This document shows positions 50,916 to 64,000 of a DNA stretch of 64,000 nucleotides, in pieces. Origin of the DNA: the human T2T-CHM13v2.0 reference genome, Homo sapiens; NCBI RefSeq assembly GCF_009914755.1, contig NC_060936.1. One strand, written 5' to 3'. Made by a program: the position numbers and the translations under genes. The stretch's first letter is position 1. Each line of letters begins with the position of its first letter. The notes beneath the pieces are model-generated. The model ran no database searches, was not told where the DNA came from, and saw only the letters and a program-made list of their open reading frames with translations.

Positions 50916-51238
50916 AAAGTGTTCCATTGCAAGGTTGTTGGCCTGCTAATTTTGTTCTAATTTTTGTTGTTATTACAAATAATGCTGCAATACACATTCC
51001 TCTATTTCTTGCTGCCTTGTGTCATAAACTGTGAATTTTATAGGTTGAAGGCCCTTTAGGGTGTGTGTTTTCTGAGAGAAAACCGAACTGAAGTACCAGA
51101 TGGGGCAGGCGCTCTTCCTGGAGGGAGATGTAGTGCTGGGGCCAGGGCTTGGCTGTGTCTCTCTCACGTGTCCCAAAGCTCTTGTGTGCTCCTGGGCAGA
51201 GCTGGGTCTGGGAAGCAGAGCCCTAGTCCATGTCCAGG

Positions 51239-51604
51239 TGTCTTAGTCCATTTGGGCTACTGTCGTAAAATACCAAAGACTGAGTGGCTTCTAAACCACA
51301 CACTGGATTTCTCACAATTCTCTAGGCTGGGAAGGTCAATATCAAGATACTGGCAGATTTGGTATCTACTGAGGACCCACCTTTCGTTTCATAGATGCTG
51401 TCCTTTCGCTATGTCCTTAGATGTCAGAAATGGGCCACAGAGCTCTACAGGGGATCTTTTATAAGGGCACTAATCTCTTTTACAAGGGCCCCACCTTCAT
51501 GATCTCATCACCTCCCAAAGGCTCCACCTCCTAAAGCCATCACATTAGGGGTTGGGATTTCAACTTATGAATTTTGCGGGGACACAAACGTTTAGTCCAT
51601 TGCA
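51239..51604. mobile_element. MaLR (MLT1A/MST-type) solo LTR
   Basis: tgtcttagtccatttgggct...tttagtccattgca; ccagg/cctgg flanks. Confidence 0.8.
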
Positions 51605-51963
51605 CCTGGCTGCTGGTGGAGTCTCCAGGGCTGCCTCACACAGAGTGAGAGCTGGAGACAGGAATCAGAAGGGAGTCTCTAGCCCCAGAGGACATGCAGT
51701 TGCCAACACGGCTTGACAGGGACTATATAAGCGGCCATTAGCCTACCCACAGGGCAGGTGTGGCTCGCTACTCCAGGCCTCCCCCAGCCCCATCAGCAGC
51801 TGCTCCCTTGGCAGGAATTGTGAGGGCTGGGTCCGAGAGACGGGGGTGTTCATCTTGGCCCTCTGTGGTGGACAACCAGCTCTTGTTTGTTGTTAGCGGG
51901 GCCCAGCAGTGCTCTGGGAGCACATCCTGAACCCAGGCGGTGACAAGGGGCTTGTCCCCACAG

Positions 51964-52109
51964 GTGGCCCGGCAGTCTCTGACCATGTTCGTTCTCATCA
52001 TGAATGGCTGCCACATCGAGATTGATGCCCACCGGCTGAATGATGGGGGGCTCCTGCTCTCCTACAATGGGAACAGCTACACCACCTACATGAAGGAAGA
52101 GGTTGACAG
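51964..52109 (+). CDS. ACACB: ACC2 coding exon O (VARQSLTMF...[12 protein letters not shown]...KEEVD-S; BT domain)
   Basis: ccacag|GTG...CAG|gtgcgt; 146 nt. Confidence 0.96.
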
Positions 52110-53861
52110 GTGCGTGGGGGTGCGAGTCCCACTGTGGGCTGGGCATGCACAGCTCTCTGTCCTAGGCATGGAAAACACAGCGCTGGCCTGTGTGCAGGTC
52201 CAAGGGTCTTAGAGAAGGTGCCTTTCCGGTAAATTCTGGGGGTGTGCAGAGAAGTTAATCTCTTGGTTGGAATTCTGTGCAACTGGCAGATATTTAGGGG
52301 AGGATCCTAGGAGGCCCTTTTCTAGTAACCTGGTTGGTGGGGATTCAGAGCTGAACGGGACATGACTCCCAGCTCTGTGGCCTGCGAGGTGTGTGATCAG
52401 GTGCCTGCTGCCTGTGCATCTGGGCTCCGGCATCCACCCAGTTAGTGCGGCAGTGACCTACTAAGCTCCTCCGTACCAGGCGCTGTGCTGGGTGTTGGGA
52501 TAGCATTCTGGGTGTGACTCGTGGAGCTTCCAGCCCATTCGGGAAGATGACACACTGAACAAACAGATAGTGGCAGGAAAGGGTGTCGTGTACCTGACGG
52601 GTAACACACAAGATGCCCTGGAAGCTCTTAGCACAGGGGCTTGTGAGATAGTGAGATAGGCCCCAAAGATGCCCCGCCTCCAGTGTGTCTGATCACCCCG
52701 AGATCACGCAATGAAACAGACCCCAGCCAAGGTGATGAAAGGGGAGGGGATGTCTGAAAAGCTCCAGTTAGAGAGTGGAGACTCTCTTCTCAATCCTCAA
52801 TGTTTTGGAAGAAGGAAGACTAGGTTTATGCCAGAGTAATATTTTGTTATCTCCTTTTTTTTCTTTTTGAGAGAGGGTCTCGCTCTGTCACCCAGGCAGG
52901 AGTGCAGTGGCACCATCATGACTCACTGCAGCCTCAACTTCCCTGGGCTCCGAGATGATCCCCCCACCTCAGTCCCCCAAGTTGCTGGGACTACGGGCAC
53001 GTGCCACCACGCCTGGCTAATTTTTGTATTTTTTGTAGAGACGGGGTTTTGCCATGTTGCTCAGGCTGGTCTTGAACTTCTGGACTCAAGCAGTTGGCCA
53101 GCCTTGGCCTCCCAAAGTGCTGGGATTGCAGTCATGAGCCACTGCACCCTGCCTGTTATCTCTTTTTTAACCCACGTTCTATCTGCCAAGAATGTTCAGG
53201 ATTACTATAGGTTCTACTCTCCCCAGTTCAAAGGTTAAGACTTTGAATCAGTAAATATTTGTTGAATCATATCCACTGATTGATTTTTCTGTGTCAGGCC
53301 CTGTTGGAAGTATGTCAGTAAAAGGAACCAGCTTTCAGCCAAAAAAGGGTCACATCCTTTTTATTATTTTATTTTATTTTAAAGACTGGTTCTTACTCTG
53401 TTGCCCAGCCTGGGCAAGAGTGAGACCCTGATCGCTTGAGTCCAGAAGTTTGAGACCAGTCTGGGCAACATGGCAAAACCCCATCTCTATAAAATACAAT
53501 GATTAGCCAAGTGTGGTGGCGTGTGCCTGTAGTCCCAGCAATTTAGGGGGTTGTGATGGGAGGATCACCTGACCCCAGGGAGGTCAAGGCTTCAGTGAAC
53601 CATGATTGTGCCACTGCACTCCAGCCTGGGTGACAGAGTAATTATAGCTCACAATAGCCTCAAACTCCTGGGCTCAAAGGATTCTCCTGCCTCAGCCTCC
53701 TGAGTAGCTGGGACTACTGGCATATGCTACCACGCCCAGCTATTTTTTTTTTTTTATTTTTTGTAGAGGCAGGGTCTCACTGTGTTGCCCAAGCTTGTCT
53801 TGAACTCCTGGCCTCAAGCGATCCTCCCACCTCGGCCTCCCAAAGAAAGCATCACAGCCTT

Positions 53862-54295
<434 letters not shown>

Positions 54296-54357
54296 CTAGG
54301 GCTTGCTGAGTTGGTAGTCCTCATCAGTCTCCCTACCCCACTCCTCCTCTCTCCCAG

Positions 54358-54508
54358 TTACCGAATTACCATCGGCAATAAGACGTGTGTGTTTGAGAAG
54401 GAGAACGATCCTACAGTCCTGAGATCCCCCTCGGCTGGGAAGCTGACACAGTACACAGTGGAGGATGGGGGCCACGTTGAGGCTGGGAGCAGCTACGCTG
54501 AGATGGAG
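54358..54508 (+). CDS. ACACB: ACC2 coding exon P ([29 protein letters not shown]...YAEME; start of BCCP)
   Basis: cccag|T...GAG|gtgact; 151 nt. Confidence 0.97.
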
Positions 54509-54687
54509 GTGACTGCAGAGCCGGCCGTGGGGAATCCTGAACCCTCAAACTCCCACTCTTCTGGCTTTGTCCCATGTCTGAACAAACAGGCCTACCTCTC
54601 CCCTTGACCACTGTCTGCAAATTTCTAAGGGAATCAGTCTGTGGATTTCAGCCAAATCCCCTGAAGTATTCAAAGAAAAAAACTTCA

Positions 54688-55004
54688 GGCTGGGCGTGGT
54701 GGTTCACGCCTGTAATCCCAGCACTTTGGGAGGCTGAGGCGGGCGGATCACGAGGTCAGGAGATCAAGACCATCCTGGCTAACATGGTGAAACCCTGTCT
54801 CTACTAAAAATACAAAAAATTAGCCGGGCATGGTGGCAGGCGCCTGTAGTCCCAGCTATGCAGGAGGCTGAGGCAGGAGGATGGCGTGAAGGCAGGAGGA
54901 TGGCGTGAACCCAGGAGGCGGAGCTTGCAGTGAGCTGAGATGGCGCCACTGCACTCCAGCCTGAGCGACAGAGAAAGACTCCGTCTCAAAAAAAAAAAAA
55001 AAAA
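54688..55004 (+). mobile_element. AluY with an internal 19-bp tandem duplication
   Basis: AluY diagnostics; ggcaggaggatggcgtgaa twice (54872-54909); TSD aaaaacttca. Confidence 0.92.
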
Positions 55005-55140
55005 ACTTCAAAAAATGCACATCTCCCCAGGAATGAGTAAGAAGGTTAATGACAGAGAAACTGGGTACAGAGAATATGGAAACTCTCTGTACTATTTACA
55101 TAACTGTTCTATAAACTGTTGTGTAAATCAGTTTCCTTGA

Positions 55141-55323
<183 letters not shown>

Positions 55324-56522
55324 TAGTGACAGGGTTTCGTCATGCTGCTCAAGCTGGTCAAATACCTGAGCTCAGGTGATCCACCTGCTTTGGCCTCTGA
55401 AAGTGCTGGGATTGCAGGCATGAGCCACTGCACACAGCCAAGAATTGATTGATAATAACAATTATTGTCAATCAATGATTAAATATTAAATATTGACCCC
55501 AGCAATAATTGAAAGGTGTTAAGCCAACACTTGCAAAGCCATAACCATGTGGCAGGTGCTGTTCTAAGCATTTTACTGATCTTTATTTTTTAACCTTCCC
55601 AGCAAATATATGAGATGGGCACAAATGTGATCCCCATTTTATAAAAAAGCTGGGCCCAGGCAGGCTAAGAAACTCACTGGAGGTCACACAAAGCCAGGAT
55701 TCAAACCCGGAAAATAACAACAATAATAGCAATGAAAATACATCAATAATAGTAGCTACTGCATATTGACCTGCTGCATGGCAGGATCTGCATCTCATTC
55801 AATCCTCGTAAGAGCCCTAAGAGGTGAAACTGTCATTATTCCTCATTTTACACTTGGGGAAACTGAGGCTCAAGGAGGGGAGCCACTTCTGAAGATCACA
55901 GAGGTATTGGGGGGGGCAGTTCCTGGGATTCTAGTCCAGGCCTGGCTGACTTGGGTGCCCAAGCTGTGAACTGCCAAGCAAGAGAGATAGCACAGTCCTG
56001 GCTCTGCGGCCGCCACCATGGTGACAAAGCTCATGCCACGCACGTATCCAGACATTCGGGAAAATTAAAAGGGCTGATGAGCAGATTCTTCATTTCACAG
56101 AGTGTTCCCTGAGGGTTTTCTAAGTGCCTTTAATAAAACAAACTGTTCACAAAATGTTTGATTTATGCAGTACGTTTTAGGAACGTGTATATGAACCACT
56201 CTATGTAATATGATTTAACAGTATTTCTAAGAGAAGACTCCCCCTTTGGAAATAAACATCAGTTTCCATATCTGTAAAATGGGCATCATAAACACCTCCT
56301 TGGCTGGCTTTGCAGATTGAATGGCACTTGCCTGGCACTTAGCAGGCTTCCAGTAAAGGTCACTTTTCCTTGTACCTTCTGCCTGAACACTACCCAGGGA
56401 GTCATTCTGGCGCGTCCCTGGGTAGTGTCCCGGCGCGTCCCTGCTCCGGCATCACTAGTTCTGGGTGGCTCTGGGTGTCAATCCCGGTGGGCTCTGTACT
56501 ATTTCTTCTTTTTACGAAATAG

Positions 56523-56657
56523 GTGATGAAGATGATCATGACCCTGAACGTTCAGGAAAGAGGCCGGGTGAAGTACATCAAGCGTCCAGGTGCCGTGCTG
56601 GAAGCAGGCTGCGTGGTGGCCAGGCTGGAGCTCGATGACCCTTCTAAAGTCCACCCG
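56523..56657 (+). CDS. ACACB: ACC2 coding exon Q (VMKMIMTL...DDPSKVHP; biotinyl-Lys codon 56529-56531)
   Basis: aaatag|GTG ATG AAG ATG...CCG|gtatgt; 135 nt; E-VMKM biotinylation motif; summed exon lengths give K929 if the split codon is R218. Confidence 0.98.
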
Positions 56658-57799
56658 GTATGTGGCTCCACGGCCCAAGTGCTCTGGCTGGTGCAGGTGC
56701 ACTCGTGACCTCCACTGGTTCAGTGAGACAGGTGGACTCAAGGCTGGTAGCGCTTCTCCCGCCTCCACCTGCAGACAGAGCTCGTCGCAGCAGCCACCGT
56801 GATGGTGCAGAAACACAAGGAAGCCGCGCCCTGCTTTACTCAGATCCCTCTCTGTGGCTCTCCATCCTGCTTAGAGCAAAACCCAATTTCTGCCAGTGAC
56901 CTGCAAGACCCCAAATGAGCTAGCTGTTCCCTGCTTTCTTCTCTGCCTTTCTCCTCTGTCCCTCTCCCCATCACTTACTTGAATACACTGGACCCCTCCC
57001 TCCTGGCGGCTGTCCTCTCTGCTGTGAAGGACCTACCCCAGACTTTGCAGGGATCACTCTCAACTCCTGGGAGCTTTGATTCCAATGTCTTCCCCTCAAT
57101 GAGGGCATTCTTGACCATTGACCACCTTTTCTTTTTAATAGACTTAATTTTTAGTATAGTTTTAGATGTACAGAACAGTTATTAAGTAGTGCAGAGTTCC
57201 CATATTCTCTGTGGCCAGTTTCCCTGTCATTCATTTAATTATCATTCAATTAATTGTTAGTATTATTATTATTATTCATTTTTTTTTGAGACAGACTCTC
57301 GCTCTGTCGCCCAGGCTGGAGTGCAGTGGCGTGATCTCGACTCACTGCAACCTCTGCCTCCCTGGTTCAAGTGATTCTTCTGCCTCAGCCTCCTGAGTAG
57401 CTGGGGATTATAGGTGTGTACCACCATACCAGCTAATTTTTGTATTTTTAGTAGAGACAGGGTTTCACCATGTTGGCCATGCTGGTCTTGAACTCCTGAC
57501 CTCAGGTGATCCACCCTCCTCAGCCTCCCAAAGTGATGGGATTACAGGTGTGAGCCACTGCACCTGGCCTCAATTAATTACTATTGTTATCAATTTACTG
57601 TTATTAATTTAACTATTATTGCACGAGCATGGTCCATTTGTCATATTTAATGAACCAATATCGATATATTAGGTATTATTGTTTAAGAATAATAATTAAC
57701 TTTAAAATTTAACTATTATTGCAATAATATGGTCCATTTGTCACATTTAATGAACCAATATTGGTACATTATTGTTCACTCAGATTTCTTTAGTTCATT

Positions 57800-58283
57800 T
57801 TTTAAAAATTGTGGTTAAATACACATAACAAAATTTACCATCTTAGCCATTTTTAAATGTTCTCTTGAGCAGTATTAAATCCATTCACATTGTTGCACAA
57901 CCATCACCATCATCCATCTCCAGCACTTGCAAAACTGAAACTTGACACTCGTTAAATGGTAACTCCTGAGTCCCTCCTCCCTCCAGCCCCTGGCAACCAT
58001 TGTTCTGCTTTCTGTCTATCAATTCAACTCCTCTAGGTGCCTCATATAGGTGGAATCTATATAGTATCTGGCCTTTTGTGACTAGCTTATTTCATTTAGC
58101 GTAACGTCTCCAAGTTTCATCCATCTGATAGCATGTGGCAGAATTTCCCTGTTTTTTAAGGCTGCATAATATTCCCTTGTAGGGGTGAATCACATTTTGT
58201 TTATCCACCCATCCACTGATGGACACTTGGATTGTTTCTACCTGTTGGCTACTGTGAATAAGGCAGCTATGAACATGAGTGTA
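57800..58283 (-). mobile_element. Antisense L1MB-type 3' fragment
   Basis: aaaatttaccatcttagccattttt...cattcacattgttgcacaaccatcacc...gatggacacttgg. Confidence 0.8.
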
Positions 58284-58633
58284 CGATTTTCTTAGTTTTT
58301 ACCTATTGTCCGGGATCCCATCCAGGTTAGCACATTGCATATAGTTGTCAGGTCTCTTTCAACCGCCCTTTAAAAAATTGTGCTCACCTCCACCCACGTG
58401 CAAACACACACCATACCTCACAAAGATGATCTCACTGATTGTCTTGTTGCTTTATTATTTGGCCTCCAGGAGACTGGAAACACCGTGAGAACAGGGCCTT
58501 TTGGCTTTCTTGCTCGCTGCTGGGGCCCCAGTGCCAAAAACAGGGCCTAGTACATCAGAGGTGCTCTGTAAATATTGGTTGTTGGATGAACGTGTAGCAG
58601 GCAGGTGCCGGGGGCGTCCCCCTGTCCTCAGGA

Positions 58634-58649
58634 CCACCAGGGGGTGCAC
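58634..58649 (+). promoter_or_regulatory. CTCF-like motif
   Basis: CCACCAGGGGGTGC versus core consensus CCACCAGGGGGCGC (one mismatch). Confidence 0.5.
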
Positions 58650-58974
58650 CAGAGTGTCTGTCATGTGACCCTGAGCTCAGGCTCTTGGGGGCACCTCCAA
58701 TTTAGATTCCTCTTAATTTGTCAAGCTGTGTCATTACCGATGAGTCCCTGAGGTCAAGGACTACTTTCGATGTCCACTGTTGTGATCCTGGGGCTTAGCA
58801 CAGTGCTCGGAGCATAGTGGGTGCTCAGAAATAACAAGTCTTGATGAATGAATGAATGTTTACACCCTCCTAAGCAAGACTCTAAAATAATTAGTACATC
58901 TGTCCAGTAAAAAAAAAATTTAAAAATATCACATGGTCTCTTTTCTCCAGAGTATTCTATTAATTGTATTTGTT

Positions 58975-59772
<798 letters not shown>

Positions 59773-59774
59773 GA

Positions 59775-60020
<246 letters not shown>

Positions 60021-60302
60021 TGATCTTGACCTCCTGGCCTCAAGCGATCCGTCCACCTTGGCCTCCCAAAATGCTGGGATTACAAGGGTGAGCCACTGTG
60101 CCTGGCATCACTAGTCTCTTTAGGGAGTTCCCAAAGCTAGGAATAGACTGGGCCTTTTTGGATCAGTGGGCAGGTCTGGGTACCTGCACTGTGATTCCTT
60201 TCAGCACACATTTCCTGTGCTGGGTTAATGAGGCAGGGCCTGCCCACCCATTCCCTGCAGCCTCACATAAATGCTTGTGAGACAGACTGGGAGATCGAGT
60301 AA

Positions 60303-60845
<543 letters not shown>

Positions 60846-61186
60846 TAGGTATTTGTAGAATGAATGAGTAGACGAATGAGCACATTTAGTCTGTGTTGCC
60901 CTCTAGGGAGCTTTTTATTTTTCCATGTGTTTACCTAAGACTGAATTTTTATGATTTACAAAAATCAGATGCATTTGTATGAGATGTTCATAAATTTTCA
61001 TCCTACTGTGAGGTGTTTAACTTTGGGATTCAATAGAGAATGAAAATAAATACAGAACATGAGATTTGTTGATTATAAAGCAAAACAACAACAACAACAA
61101 ACAGATCGGCCGGGCGCAGTGGCTCACCCCTGTAATCCCAGCACTTTGGGAGGCCAAGGCGGGCAGATCATGAGGTCAAGAGATCA

Positions 61187-61549
<363 letters not shown>

Positions 61550-61663
61550 TCATCCTCACTTGATTACGGAAGCCGGCAGATCTGTCCTGCCTCCCGTTCT
61601 GCCCGGTCCCATTTGGAATTCCCAGAGTTTTCCTGACCTGTCGTTCTTGTGGTGTCTCATCAG

Positions 61664-61810
61664 GCTGAACCGTTCACAGGAGAACTCCCTGCCCAGCAGA
61701 CACTGCCCATCCTCGGAGAGAAACTGCACCAGGTCTTCCACAGCGTCCTGGAAAACCTCACCAACGTCATGAGTGGCTTTTGTCTGCCAGAGCCCGTTTT
61801 TAGCATAAAG
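61664..61810 (+). CDS. ACACB: ACC2 coding exon R (AEPFTGELP...PEPVFSIK); gene continues beyond the window
   Basis: catcag|GCT...AAG|gtaaag; 147 nt. Confidence 0.96.
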
Positions 61811-61897
61811 GTAAAGTCACCTATGAGCGCAGGCGTGTAGACCAGTGCGGAGGGTCAGAAGATCTACCCCGTGACAGCAGAGGTCATTATTGAGTAA

Positions 61898-62128
<231 letters not shown>

Positions 62129-62615
62129 TGAACTCTTGGGCTCAAGTGATCCATCCGCCTGGGCCTCCCAAAGTGCTGGGATTACAGGCCTGAGCCACCG
62201 CACCCAGCCCCTCGGTTGTGTTTATGAAGGACCTGTCCTCAGGGAATTCCTCAATTCAATTGTAAACATTGGCCTGACTTTTTCTCCTTGATCGTAAACT
62301 GGGCTTGTAGCAGTTCAGCTCAAGACTGAGAATACTCCAGTAGGACATTAAGGAAGGAGTCAGTGGGGGTCACCCTGCTTAAGGAGATGACAGACAAGGC
62401 ACTTTGTTTGAAACACACCTCTGTTCGTCATTCACCCTTGCTGGGTCTCATCTGCTCACTCAGTAGAGAAACAAGAAGTTCTCTGATTTGCAGACCTCCT
62501 TGAAAGACCCATGATGCTCATAGCAGTGACTAAGCATCACACTGTGTGCTGTACCGGGTCCGTCTCAGGAGAGCAAATCATGATGGTGATGACGATAATA
62601 ACCGCCAACCCTTAG

Positions 62616-62943
<328 letters not shown>

Positions 62944-63336
62944 TAACTACTTAAAAGTTCAATCATTTCATCCTCCCAGCAACCGATAAGGTAGGAACTC
63001 TTATTTCCACTTACAGTTGAGGCAACTGAGGGACACAGAGACTAAGAGACTTGCTGTGCTTCATACATGAGGAGGCAAAGATGAGATCTGAACCATGGCC
63101 ATCAGGATTCTGACTCTGTGCTCTTCGCCCCCACGTTATGCTGCCTGATGATTATTACCACCATTGCAACATTTTTTTTTTTTTTTTGGAGACAGGGTCT
63201 TGCTCTGTCTCCCAGGCTGGAGTACAGTGGGGGAAACACTGCTCACTACAACCTCGACCTCTGGGTTCAAGCAATCATCCCACTTCAGCCTTCCAAGTAG
63301 CTGGGGTTACAGGTGCCTGCCACCACACCCAGCTAA

Positions 63337-63462
<126 letters not shown>

Positions 63463-64000
63463 TAATTGCAACTTTTATTAGTTGGGGCACTTCGCAGTTT
63501 ATGCATCAGTTCACTTTGAAACCTCACAACCACACTAGGATGTTGGCCCCACTATCATCGTCATCCAAAGACCATCAGCATTGGCTACTGAGACACCCCG
63601 GAAACAGCATAGGGCAGCAGTTCAGAGTCTCAGGAGCTGAATAGCCTGGGTTTGCTTCTTACTAGCTGAGTGACTTTGGTTAACTTAACTAACCTCTCTG
63701 TGTTTCAGTTGCCTCAATTGCAAAATGGACAAAATCATTAGACTTCCTTTATATGGTTGCTTTTAGGGATCAAATGATAACATGAAAAGAAAGTTCCTAG
63801 AACACTGTCTGGCACTAAGCAAGTATCCTATAAACATCAGCTCATCATGTGACCTTATGTTTGATCCCCCACACCATGCTGGCTTTCTGATGCACAGAGA
63901 GGGGGAGTCAGGGTCTTCCTATGTAGGGAAACTGAGTATTCCCCTGTGGTCAGGGGGCCATTCCACTCTGGACTGCCCCAGAGGCTGCTGGGTCTGGATC

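Overview
Human genomic DNA, Alu-dense (about 60 Alu/FLAM/FAM copies plus L1, HAL1-like, MER, MLT and LTR relics), lying inside ACACB (acetyl-CoA carboxylase 2) on the + strand. I reconstructed 18 consecutive coding exons (21913-61810, 2407 nt, all splice phases consistent). They encode the AMPK phospho-site (PSMSGLHL), the biotin carboxylase domain, the BT domain and the BCCP domain including the biotinylated Lys of EVMKM. Counting from the split codon as R218 puts that Lys at 929, matching human ACC2 numbering as I recall it. The canonical N-terminal (mitochondrial-anchor) exon lies upstream of the window and the rest of the gene lies downstream. An intronic CpG island (~9545-9980) carries an alternative first coding exon (MSPAKCKICFPDREVK) that splices in frame to 21913; its leader has a hairpin-embedded uORF whose stop overlaps the main ATG. 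Other points of interest: a GC-AG intron, a weak exon bracketed by complementary purine and pyrimidine tracts, a strong CTCF-like motif, and a steroid-response-element-like site at the probable position of a known intronic SNP. No prokaryotic features, tRNA, rRNA or CRISPR. Repeat boundaries and family names were assigned by eye and are approximate.
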